Shown in pieces: positions 6,716 through 15,731 of a DNA stretch of 64,000 bases. The notes beneath the pieces were generated by a model. The model was not told the DNA's origin. It worked only from the letters and a program-made list of their open reading frames with translations, and ran no database searches. A program made the position numbers and the translations under genes. Source of the DNA: a virus; IMG/VR virus record IMGVR_UViG_3300027917_001949, positions 64,001-128,000 of that record; one strand, given 5' to 3'. The number at the start of each line of letters is the position of its first letter. Positions within the stretch are counted from its first letter, which is position 1.

Positions 6716-6811
6716 ATACATATCATCTTGGAAGGATATTGTATTCATTTGGAGTATAAGCTTCAAGATTATATTTAGATACGATGGACGATACCAAGAT
6801 ATTGTCCTCGG

Positions 6812-6888
6812 CAGGGTGTACGTCAGCGGACAAGACTACCTGTTTTGGATACAGGAGGACGGTGGTTCGAATCCACCCACCCTGACCA
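6812..6888 (+). tRNA. trnP: tRNA-Pro(TGG), second divergent copy
   Basis: CAGGGTG/CACCCTG, CCTGT-TTTGGAT-ACAGG, CCA. Confidence 0.85.
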
Positions 6889-6898
6889 GAGGTGAGGA

Positions 6899-7117
6899 AT
6901 GATAAAGCATAGTATTAGTAACGAGATTATTCCAGAAGAGCAGTGGGGTGACATTGGTGGTTATTATACTCTCACTAATGATGAATTAGAAGAGTGGAGA
7001 CATAATCAAACACGTGAACAACGTAAACTTGCGTACTGGGTAAAAACAGTCGCACGTGGAAAACCGCTACTTACACTTGGTACTAATCCCGTTTTAAATG
7101 CCACTGAAGCTCATTAG
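6899..7117 (+). CDS. Hypothetical protein
   Basis: GAGGTGAGG SD; overlaps tRNA-Thr 5' end. Confidence 0.6.
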   Translation: MIKHSISNEIIPEEQWGDIGGYYTLTNDELEEWRHNQTREQRKLAYWVKTVARGKPLLTLGTNPVLNATEAH

Positions 7118-7172
7118 GATGAGCGGTGGTTTTGTAAACCACAGGTAACGGGTTCGAATCCTGTCAGTGGCT
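7100..7172 (+). tRNA. trnT: tRNA-Thr(TGT), CCA not encoded
   Basis: GCCACTG/CAGTGGC, GTGGT-TTTGTAA-ACCAC. Confidence 0.92.
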
Positions 7173-7173
7173 C

Positions 7174-7248
7174 GGGGAGAAAGAGTTATGAAGCATGAGC
7201 GATGCTGTAGCTCATTTTGGCATCATAACTAACAGCCGTTCCCCAACA
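7174..7248 (+). ncRNA. 75-nt GGGGA...TCCCCAACA structured RNA candidate (copy B)
   Basis: GGGGA/TCCCC ends; AGTTATGA/TCATAACT and ATGAGC/GCTCAT nested stems. Confidence 0.45.
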
Positions 7249-7249
7249 T

Positions 7250-7321
7250 GCTACCGAAGCTCAAAGGTTGAGCATCCGCTTCGTAAGCGGGAGATTGTGA
7301 GTTCGAGTCTCACCGGTAGCT
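7250..7321 (+). tRNA. trnT: tRNA-Thr(CGT), CCA not encoded
   Basis: GCTACCG/CGGTAGC, loop TT-CGT-AA. Confidence 0.92.
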
Positions 7322-7322
7322 C

Positions 7323-7769
7323 ATGAAGATACATGAAATAAAAGATAACTATAGTGGTTGGGATGATGTGGCGACCGTCGGTGTCTTTTATTATGATGGG
7401 ACATTCGATAATCTGAAAGACAAGACTCTTGTTATAACTACATTCGGTGAGTTATCGAGTCTCCGATATTATGGATTACCATGTAAAGCAATCTTACGAA
7501 TACGGCACGCACCGAAGCAACCATTTGAAACAACCTTTATTTTAGAAAGTGATAAGGTGGGTAAGGAAATGGCAAGAGACCAAGTTAAATTCGAAACGGA
7601 TTTAGAAACTTTGAAGTCGTTAGCTGACATAGCTGTTGACATCGAAAAGATACAACATGGTGATGTCGAGAACGTAACAGAAGCTGGTTTTGTTAGGGGT
7701 GAAGTTTACGTCAAGTGGACTCGTGGTGATACGGTAGAAATAGCATTACCCGCAAAACCACATGGCTAA
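7323..7769 (+). CDS. Hypothetical protein
   Basis: 148-aa ORF starting 1 nt after tRNA discriminator. Confidence 0.75.
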   Translation: MKIHEIKDNYSGWDDVATVGVFYYDGTFDNLKDKTLVITTFGELSSLRYYGLPCKAILRIRHAPKQPFETTFILESDKVGKEMARDQVKFETDLETLKSLADIAVDIEKIQHGDVENVTEAGFVRGEVYVKWTRGDTVEIALPAKPHG

Positions 7770-7780
7770 ATTTTTATAAT

Positions 7781-7866
7781 GGAAGGTGTCCGGCTGGACG
7801 AGGAAGCTGTCCTGAAAACAGTGGGGCTGTAAAGTCTTAGGGGTTCGAGTCCTCTACCTTCCGCCA
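7781..7866 (+). tRNA. trnS: tRNA-Ser(TGA)
   Basis: GGAAGGT/ACCTTCC, G73, long variable arm, loop CC-TGA-AA. Confidence 0.9.
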
Positions 7867-8082
7867 ATGAGATACGTTGTTACAAGACACGGTAATGTAC
7901 TTGAAGCATTCTGGTGTTATTACACTAAATGTGAGACATGTCCTAGTAGATTTAAGTGTCTCACGAGTGCTATCGCTATAGTTGATGACTGCATAAATTT
8001 AACAGGTAGCGAAGTGCGAAAGAAAATAAATGATATTATAGAGAAGCACGGTTTACATGTTGAACATCTTGCAGAAATGTAA
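7867..8082 (+). CDS. Hypothetical Cys-module protein (CETCPSRFKCLT)
   Basis: Exactly fills the gap between two tRNAs. Confidence 0.75.
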   Translation: MRYVVTRHGNVLEAFWCYYTKCETCPSRFKCLTSAIAIVDDCINLTGSEVRKKINDIIEKHGLHVEHLAEM

Positions 8083-8160
8083 TGCCGAGTAGTCTAAAAC
8101 GGTTTGGACGACTGGCTTTGACCCAGTAGGCTGAAGGTTCGACTCCTTCCTCGGCAACCA
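8083..8160 (+). tRNA. trnQ: tRNA-Gln(TTG)
   Basis: TGCCGAG/CTCGGCA, ACTGG-CTTTGAC-CCAGT, CCA. Confidence 0.93.
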
Positions 8161-8168
8161 GGCAGAAT

Positions 8169-8197
8169 TAACCCCACGCTTTCACGTGGGGTTTTTT
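8169..8197 (+). terminator. Rho-independent terminator at the convergence of the two gene blocks
   Basis: AACCCCACG-CTTTCA-CGTGGGGTT followed by T-run. Confidence 0.85.
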
Positions 8198-8217
8198 AGT
8201 GCCTATTTTTTTTTCAG

Positions 8218-9141
8218 TTATTCAAGAACTACAGCATTATCAATTACGTCAGTAAATGAACCAACGTATACCCAGTTTGCACCGTACCATTCACCGTAGA
8301 TGTCCATATACATCGGACCATCTGCTTGATATACTTCAACAGGATTACTGAAAGTCATCTGCGTAAAGGTAGCATCTAGGTTCATACCATCGATGTTCTT
8401 GATATAAAGTCCGAATGGTCGTGACCCATCAGTCTTGTTGACCGTCGTTCCCTCTGGAATGACAAACTTGTACTTGACACCGTCAACCGTGCCGATTGCC
8501 ACTAATTCCTTGTTCATCCCAGTCTTTCCCCATAGACCGTACTCTACAATACCACAACCGAACGGTATATCAAGTCTGAAATATAGTTCTGGATGGTGTG
8601 CTTGAACATAGAATTCTGTTGTTGCTTCCGCATACACATCACCACTACCGTCAACATCGTCAACCCAGAACCATACCATATCTATGAATGAATATGCCCA
8701 ATAACCGTGTGCATATTGGTTGATAGTATACACACCCTCATCTGTAGGGTTGATTGTATATTCCCAATCGTATGTTAGTGTTACATCTGCGTCAACTGGA
8801 CCAATTAAAGCGGAGTCGCAATCTTCGTCAACTATGTCAACATCTATGACGGCTGCACCGTTAGGATTCAATACCGTTACACCAGCTTCTGCTCCCGCTA
8901 GTGCATTGGCAAACAGAAAGATGTCAAACCAATTGTCAGGGTATACCCCTGCCGATGCTTCGATAATTATTGTTCCGGTTAATGTTACGTCCTCACCTAC
9001 CCAAGGGTCTTCCGATACAACAACTTCACCAATTGTTGCGGTAGCGTCACCCGTTCCTGTTGCTGCCATTGCTGTACCAGCCGGAACAAGTAGCACTATT
9101 GCTGCCAACACCGTGGCAAGAAAGATTTTTACTTTGTTCAT
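8218..9141 (-). CDS. Secreted/surface acidic beta-rich protein
   Basis: Signal peptide MNKVKIFLATVLAAIVLLVPAGTAMA; SD GAGGT. Confidence 0.8.
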   Translation of the reverse strand: MNKVKIFLATVLAAIVLLVPAGTAMAATGTGDATATIGEVVVSEDPWVGEDVTLTGTIIIEASAGVYPDNWFDIFLFANALAGAEAGVTVLNPNGAAVIDVDIVDEDCDSALIGPVDADVTLTYDWEYTINPTDEGVYTINQYAHGYWAYSFIDMVWFWVDDVDGSGDVYAEATTEFYVQAHHPELYFRLDIPFGCGIVEYGLWGKTGMNKELVAIGTVDGVKYKFVIPEGTTVNKTDGSRPFGLYIKNIDGMNLDATFTQMTFSNPVEVYQADGPMYMDIYGEWYGANWVYVGSFTDVIDNAVVLE

Positions 9142-9467
9142 TTTTTACCTCATTTTATTTGATTTATATTAAGGGTTTTCACCTCGTTATACCTTACACT
9201 TCATTATCTACCCCACTTTGATTTCCTATTTTTCTCTGCAATGATTGTACCAAGAATTATTATCACAAGTATTACTATTAGAACTGTCATTCAGCATTGT
9301 CTTCCTTCTCTTCGTCTAACCCAAAATACCGCACATTCCATGCTCGTTCCTGTGCCATCAACAGTTTGACACCGGTTTCAGTTTTTGCTAATTTAATGTT
9401 TCCTCTCAAGGCAAGGAGTCTATCGAGAGCCATGTCAACATAACCCTCGATAAACTCATCTTTCAAC

Positions 9468-10826
9468 TTATCCAACTCGTTCACGTAGATACTCCCTCGC
9501 TTTCGCAAATGCACCTTGTCTGTCGTCTTTATCCAGCTTGCCATCAATCACGAGGTTGGTCAGGTAGTTCTTTATATTACCAACAACTTCTCCAGGTTTT
9601 AGACCAAACTCTTTCATGATTTCGTTACCATCAATTGGAGAGGTCATGGTGTCTGGTTGTTCCGCTAGGCATTCGGTAACCATTCTGGTAAGAACGTTCA
9701 TGAATTTGTAACGTGGATTCTTTGATGAACGGATGTCACATTTTACTAAGTCCATCAGTAGTCCAATGTTGTTCTCACCAACCTTGCGAACCAGACGCAT
9801 GATGATTCTCTTTTTGATTTTACCACGTACCACTTCTTTTTGAAGTACGATAGGAGTCATGTGGTACTTAATCAGATGACATACACTGTTGATGACCTCG
9901 TTGTTAAAGCGAAGTCTACGCAGTATCTTTCTTGCCTTTCGTGCACCAACGTTGTGGTGTGAGTAGAAGTGGACACCATCATCGTCCTCGACCTTAGTTT
10001 CCGGTTTACCAATATCGTGTAAGATACAGGCAAGACGGAATATCAGGTTTCGGTTACCGTGGTCAACTTTAGTACCTTTGTATAGGACAAGTAGTGAGTG
10101 CTCGTAGGCATCCTTAATGTGGTTCTTTCCCTGTTGGATGTTACGCAGTTGCATAAATTCTGGTGAGATGTAGTCCATCAGACCAGTTTGGCACAGCTTT
10201 CTCCAACCGAAAGAAGCTCTACGTGATAGCAGGATTCGACTTACCTCGTCACGTACTCTTTCTCTAGAGATAACTTGCAGTCGTTCTGGATGTTGAATAG
10301 TGACGTCGAACTTGAAGTTCAGTTCGCAGGCAAAACGGACTGCACGAAGCATTCGTAGAGGGTCTTCGTCGAATCTGTCTTCACTACCTACAACTCTGAT
10401 ACGTTTGGCATTGAGGTCTTCAACACCACCAAATGGGTCGATAATTGCACCAGTCAGCGGGTTGCGTGCCAGAGCGTTGATGGTGAAGTCTCTACGAGCT
10501 AGGTCGTTCTCAAGTGAGTAACCGAACATGACAGTTGGTTTACGTGAGTTTGAACGGTATACTTCGCTTCTGTAAGTAGTTATCTCAACGGTATGACCGT
10601 TGGCATTGAGACCTATAGTACCAAATTCCTCACCCATAGTGTATAGAGAACCGAAGTCATTTATGATTTCTTTTATCTCGTCAGGGCGGGCATTAGTAGC
10701 TAGGTCAATGTCATGTGATTCTCTACCAAGTAGTGAGTCACGCACACGACCACCGACTTCGAAAAGTTCAAAACCTTTCTCGTTGAACTTCACTGCTATT
10801 CTGTTGATTAGAGTTTCCTCGTTCAT
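9468..10826 (-). CDS. cca: CCA-adding enzyme (class II tRNA nucleotidyltransferase) with HD domain
   Basis: VGGRVRD, DIDLAT, RRDFTINALA, EDPLRMLRAVRF, LHDIGKP. Confidence 0.93.
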   Translation of the reverse strand: MNEETLINRIAVKFNEKGFELFEVGGRVRDSLLGRESHDIDLATNARPDEIKEIINDFGSLYTMGEEFGTIGLNANGHTVEITTYRSEVYRSNSRKPTVMFGYSLENDLARRDFTINALARNPLTGAIIDPFGGVEDLNAKRIRVVGSEDRFDEDPLRMLRAVRFACELNFKFDVTIQHPERLQVISRERVRDEVSRILLSRRASFGWRKLCQTGLMDYISPEFMQLRNIQQGKNHIKDAYEHSLLVLYKGTKVDHGNRNLIFRLACILHDIGKPETKVEDDDGVHFYSHHNVGARKARKILRRLRFNNEVINSVCHLIKYHMTPIVLQKEVVRGKIKKRIIMRLVRKVGENNIGLLMDLVKCDIRSSKNPRYKFMNVLTRMVTECLAEQPDTMTSPIDGNEIMKEFGLKPGEVVGNIKNYLTNLVIDGKLDKDDRQGAFAKAREYLRERVG

Positions 10827-11041
10827 GTCGTTTCCTTTTTATTTTAATAAATAGACATATATTATATTATCACGTGTAACTACTTCCGTGTCATCGTTAC
10901 AATATAAATCATAAAAGTGCTCTTCTGACAGCAGTTCACCCTGTCTTTCAAATCTATTCTTTATAACAAGAATAAACCCAGAGTCTTGAATTAGTCCAAC
11001 CACCACTGCTAGATTTACGTCTTCTTTTATTTTGTTAATAG

Positions 11042-11446
11042 TCATGTAACCTCCAATTCACGAGTTTTTTCGTCGTATTCTATCGTCAGAATACCTTCTT
11101 TCTTCGCTCGTTTTACGGTGTCTGCCGTCCCTCGTGATGTGCTTTTATCAGTATAAAAAGCATACACAATATCTGGGTTCATGAATTTTATCATCCAACC
11201 ATTTCGCATCACACCGGCAGGTTTACCATAATAAGTCCAATTTGCTGAGAATTCGGCGACGGCAAATCCATCGAGCCTAGCTAGGCTTCCAGCAATAGAA
11301 TCTGCACCACGAGCCGTGCCCTCAATGATACACACCTCACTACGTCTAAATTCGCTTAATAAGTTACTAAAGACTAGTGAACCTATTAAATCTCTGTCAG
11401 CAAACTCCACACTTCCACATATTAAGACTTTGATTGGTATAGCCAT
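11042..11446 (-). CDS. SLOG-family protein (DUF2493/YspA-like)
   Basis: VLICGS, IIEGTARGAD, AGVMRN, SRGTADT. Confidence 0.8.
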   Translation of the reverse strand: MAIPIKVLICGSVEFADRDLIGSLVFSNLLSEFRRSEVCIIEGTARGADSIAGSLARLDGFAVAEFSANWTYYGKPAGVMRNGWMIKFMNPDIVYAFYTDKSTSRGTADTVKRAKKEGILTIEYDEKTRELEVT

Positions 11447-11916
11447 CCTTTAATATAATCTATCGTGACCGGTCTGAATCCAGTAACGTCACATGAAACA
11501 TTGATTCGGTTACCTGAACACTGGGGGGTGTAGTGATGTGTATGCCCGTGGACTATCCACTCCCCATGGTAATCAGGTACAAGGAGTGCTTCTTTCGGGT
11601 TATGAACTAGGAGTACCTTTTCACCGGATATGTCGAGCCAGTAGTATCCCTCAGCGTCTATCCCCTCGTCATGACTTCCCTTAATATAGGTGATGTCACC
11701 GTTCAATAGTCCAAGCCAATATTCGGGTTTGCGAGACCCACGTCCGAATGACATATCACCAAGAAAATAGACAATGTCATCAGGTTTCACTCTCATATTA
11801 TACTGTTTCAATAGATGCTCGTTCATGATGTCCTTACTCAAAAACGGTCTATTGCAATACGCTATGATGTTTTCGTGGTCAAAGTGGGGGTCACTATAAA
11901 ACCATGTTTTACTCAT
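11422..11916 (-). CDS. Calcineurin-like metallophosphoesterase
   Basis: SDPHF, FLGD, GSHD, HGHTH. Confidence 0.88.
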   Translation of the reverse strand: MSKTWFYSDPHFDHENIIAYCNRPFLSKDIMNEHLLKQYNMRVKPDDIVYFLGDMSFGRGSRKPEYWLGLLNGDITYIKGSHDEGIDAEGYYWLDISGEKVLLVHNPKEALLVPDYHGEWIVHGHTHHYTPQCSGNRINVSCDVTGFRPVTIDYIKGWLYQSKS

Positions 11917-12589
11917 CAATACACTTCCTTGCAACTAATGTACCAAATACAAGAGGTGACATGTGCAACTGTTTGTTTTCATCTATCACCTCTTGTGCAA
12001 TTTTCTTGACATCTATATGGTCGAGTTGAGATATAATTCCCCTCATTGTTAGGATAAGGCAATCAGGTTCATGTACTATTCCCTTATTACCATATCTTCC
12101 GCTTCCACAGAAAATACAGAGCTTATCTTCTGTACCATTCTCTGCGTTGAAGTCGTCCAATCGTTTTTCGATTGCTTTTATCTGTTCCTTAAGATTCATT
12201 TTTCTTCATGAACATGTCAAACTCTTCGTCGTCAGTAATTATCTCGTTACATTTAGGACAACGATTAATATAACCATCTTCATCGTTTCCGCTACCGTTG
12301 AGGTAGTCAATTTCTTTTCCACATCTTGGACATACTGCCATGTATTTACCAACCTCCCATAAATTCCCACCAGTATCCAGTTTCATTTTGAAACAACGTT
12401 GCCCACGCTTTTATGTGCCCCCGAAATCGTTTCCAGTTAGGACACCTGTATTCCGTTGCAACGTGGTATTCTTTATTTCCCGTATACCGATTAAAGTCGT
12501 GCGGGGTTATATGTATTTCCCCGTGTTCCAACTTTGACCCACACTTGCTACAGTAAAATAAATCATCTGGATAATGACTAGGTATTTTT

Positions 12590-13135
12590 TCAATCATCTA
12601 CTGGTCTCCTGATACCAAATGACAAGCAACCAAACCTGATGTCGTCGTCTGTTCTAGCGTGGTCGAAAACCTCAGTCTGACCAAAGATGTCAGTAAACTC
12701 GTAACCATTTGGCAATATATCAAACCATTCTCCAGGGATAAGCCAAATGTCCTCATCAGGGTCGAGAAGCTCTGTCGGGACATCAAACTTCTTGCCGACA
12801 TCTACAACCAAATTACCGTTTGGATAATTTGGTCGTTCTTCGTCTGGAATCGCCTCAGCATTGATAATAGGGACATTGATTTTCTTATCAACAGGTTTGG
12901 TCATGTTTTCCTGTATGATGTTGTTCATCGTATCCCACTTGCGAAACCCCATCCCAAACAAAACATTGGGTGGTGCATGATTAATCACGTGCTCAAACTC
13001 TGCTTTGTTACTCGGTCTCCACTCATACTCTAGAGGTTCTTGCCGATAGTGCATCGATGTTCCGACAATCTCAATACCTTCGACCTCGAAGTTACCTTTA
13101 AAGTTGTTATTTATCCATTCTATTACCTCGTCCAT
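12590..13135 (-). CDS. Hypothetical phage protein
   Basis: 181-aa ORF in coupled operon. Confidence 0.65.
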   Translation of the reverse strand: MDEVIEWINNNFKGNFEVEGIEIVGTSMHYRQEPLEYEWRPSNKAEFEHVINHAPPNVLFGMGFRKWDTMNNIIQENMTKPVDKKINVPIINAEAIPDEERPNYPNGNLVVDVGKKFDVPTELLDPDEDIWLIPGEWFDILPNGYEFTDIFGQTEVFDHARTDDDIRFGCLSFGIRRPVDD

Positions 13136-13279
13136 GCCAAAAACCTCTTTACTATTTTATCTTTTGGGTTATATTTGTGTATCCAAGATGAGACTCTATC
13201 ACCGTGGCAAGCGGGACATTTACCATCTATCTTTTCTATCCACGCTATCTGGTCTTCGTCATAAGTGATATAACCACAC

Positions 13280-13699
13280 TTAGGACACCGAAATCTCCTG
13301 ACTGTCTCTATCATTTTTAAACCTCTGTAATTGTGTTCTCAAGCATTGTAAGCTTGTCCACCCATCTTCTGGTATCCACCAAAAATCTGGGAAACCGGTA
13401 TGACTCCATATGATGTGCTCTATTTCCTCGTCACTTGCATCAGGGAAGTATTCTTTAGCTATGTCAAAAGCGTTGAACGATGGTTTGTCATCTACCTTAT
13501 CTGGGTCATCACAGTAACCGTCCATCAATACTTCTCTCGCTTCGGTATCAGTCTCGATTAATGTGCAGAACCATAAACCATTACGATTATCTAAAGCCGG
13601 ACATACGTCCCCCATGTGTGAATCGAACTTTACTCGTGCGAATACACAGGGTAACATGAGACAACACTTTCCACAATGTTTACATTCAAATTTATCCAC
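13280..13699 (-). CDS. YkgJ-like CxxCxxCC cysteine-cluster protein
   Basis: FECKHCGKCC...CPAL...C. Confidence 0.65.
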   Translation of the reverse strand: MDKFECKHCGKCCLMLPCVFARVKFDSHMGDVCPALDNRNGLWFCTLIETDTEAREVLMDGYCDDPDKVDDKPSFNAFDIAKEYFPDASDEEIEHIIWSHTGFPDFWWIPEDGWTSLQCLRTQLQRFKNDRDSQEISVS

Positions 13700-13931
13700 G
13701 TTTCTTCACCGCTATGTACAATAAAAACCACCACATTGCTGCTGTTAATGCACCTGAAATAAAACCTAGCCATAGTTCGAGTGAAAAATATACCGCAAGA
13801 TAGCTGGTAAGTATTACTGCCGTTATTAGCGGAGTCAGTATCGGCATTGGTGTTTTCTTAATCACACTCGGAAGAAGAGCTAGACTAAAACCGAATCCTC
13901 CGCACATAAGAACCATGTCTTCCCATATCAT
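13692..13931 (-). CDS. Small membrane protein (PQ-loop-like)
   Basis: Three hydrophobic segments. Confidence 0.6.
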   Translation of the reverse strand: MIWEDMVLMCGGFGFSLALLPSVIKKTPMPILTPLITAVILTSYLAVYFSLELWLGFISGALTAAMWWFLLYIAVKKRG

Positions 13932-14395
13932 TTACGTTTCATTCTCTCTTTTATCTTGTGCATCCTTTGGAACTCCTGTCATGTAGAAATTACCTATCTT
14001 ATACGGTGCATTACGGGTCACCAAATCATTGTTAATAGTGCTTACACCCTCATATTTAAACAACTTATAGAGGGCTTTAAACTGCTTCATCGCTTCACCA
14101 CAATTAGGACACACTGGATATGCCCAGTGTGGATAACCGGCATCATCATCAAACTCTGTAATGTCGTGTTTGGTGCAATGCCACGTCCCGCATTTATCGT
14201 GCTTGATGAAGAGTTGTTTGGACATACACTTCCAACAAAACTTCCAATGACTCACAGCGTCACGATATTTTTGCTGTGTTTCTTCGTCTACCACAGTTTC
14301 CATACTTTACCTAACTTTACTATCCCTATTACACCGAGTGCAACACCTAATGCACCGAGCATAATGAGAATGAATGTGACTGCATCTTCCATATC

Positions 14396-14710
14396 TTACC
14401 TCGTTGTAAAGCATGTAAATCTGTATCGACATCCGTCACACACAGTCTCACACGCTAGTTTTATTTCAGATTCAAATGCTATAAACCCGTTCGGACTAAT
14501 ACGATATACTGTTTCAGTATGATATGTATGGCTAGCATCGGATATTTCCTGTATCCTCCGTAACCCGTCGAACCACATTCGTTCGTGAGGACGAGTAGAT
14601 ACAACTGGGTCACCAACTTTTAATGGTCGGTGCTGTGTATAGAATAGTTTAACCTTATCCACTATCTCCATTATATCACATCTTACCACTTTTGTCAAGT
14701 CTACGTGCAA
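14396..14710 (-). CDS. Hypothetical Cys-module protein (CDGCRYRFTCFT)
   Basis: C-terminal motif; start uncertain. Confidence 0.65.
   Translation of the reverse strand: MHVDLTKVVRCDIMEIVDKVKLFYTQHRPLKVGDPVVSTRPHERMWFDGLRRIQEISDASHTYHTETVYRISPNGFIAFESEIKLACETVCDGCRYRFTCFTTR
14670..14698 (-). promoter_or_regulatory. Sigma70-type promoter
   Basis: TTGACA-17-TATAAT on minus strand. Confidence 0.7.
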
Positions 14711-15389
14711 ATATATGTTTCTGAGTACCTTTACCCCATTCCTTGTTTAACCATTTAGCATGGTCACCCGAACGTCTACAGGTAACTCCCTGTGTCAATC
14801 CGAGGTAATCCCAGTTATCTGCTTTGTATAATGCCCCGTCTCTTGGTGGTTCGACAAAAGTCACCAACCCAATCAACGGGAAGTTATACTTACGTTCATA
14901 ATCTTGCTGTACCGTCTGCCGGAATAGTTTAAGTACTCTCGTACCAAGATTCTTTTCGTGAAGTATCAGATTGAAGACATTATTGTTCATCCAGTTATCT
15001 TCGGTGTAGCCTTCAAAGTATTCATTAAACTTCTTGTAGTTTATCGGTGGACTGTTAGCTCCAACAATACCTGCCACTTCTCCTCGTAACCATATCAGGT
15101 AGTGACACTGCCTACCAACTACACCCTTACTTTGTGGATAATGCGTAAGAAATAAATTTGCGTATACTTTGTGACCCTTTGGAACAGCTTCAAGTTCTAG
15201 GTCATTATCCCACGTATCACGGTGAGGCATTTCTAGGTCTGGGGTAAATACCATTCCACCGTGCCCTTTTCCTGGACGTTTTGGTTTGGCATCCCAACAA
15301 GCACGGCAATAGAACTTTCCCCACGTTTCGATTACTTTACCACGTGTACCGCATACGCCACAGACTTCGTTTTGAAATACTTTACCCAT
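14676..15389 (-). CDS. DUF4338/DruA-like (Mom-like GNAT-related) protein with N-terminal Zn finger
   Basis: GRQCHYL, NNNVF, LVTFVE, GALYKADNWDYLGLTQG. Confidence 0.7.
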   Translation of the reverse strand: MGKVFQNEVCGVCGTRGKVIETWGKFYCRACWDAKPKRPGKGHGGMVFTPDLEMPHRDTWDNDLELEAVPKGHKVYANLFLTHYPQSKGVVGRQCHYLIWLRGEVAGIVGANSPPINYKKFNEYFEGYTEDNWMNNNVFNLILHEKNLGTRVLKLFRQTVQQDYERKYNFPLIGLVTFVEPPRDGALYKADNWDYLGLTQGVTCRRSGDHAKWLNKEWGKGTQKHIFARRLDKSGKM

Positions 15390-15600
15390 TTATAATGTGT
15401 CTTCCAAAACTTATTTTATTCCAGATTCGTTCAAACCCGTAATGCAATAAAAAGCATATAACTTCAAAGGAGATAGCTAAACCTATCGCTATGTGTGGTT
15501 CGACGAAAAAGGAGAGAATACCGAAGTCAACTCCTATTTCAATGAGTCTAAAGGAGATAGCTTTTATAAGTGACCTTGTGTGTGTTTCATTTATCCGCAT
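15382..15600 (-). CDS. DUF2061 small membrane protein
   Basis: ETHTRSLIKAISFR...HYGFERIWNKI. Confidence 0.8.
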   Translation of the reverse strand: MRINETHTRSLIKAISFRLIEIGVDFGILSFFVEPHIAIGLAISFEVICFLLHYGFERIWNKISFGRHIING

Positions 15601-15731
15601 TTATTAAATACTCCACAACACCCTAGAATTGAGATAATCACCAAAACTATTAAAGCTATCGTGATAAACCTATCCATTCCCTTGGGTACTTTCTGATTTG
15701 TACTTCCGCTACCTATTGCTGGCATATTGCT

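Noticed and set aside
6672-6902. 76-aa plus-strand ORF
   Set aside because: Starts inside tRNA-Pro and spans the second tRNA-Pro; likely spurious.
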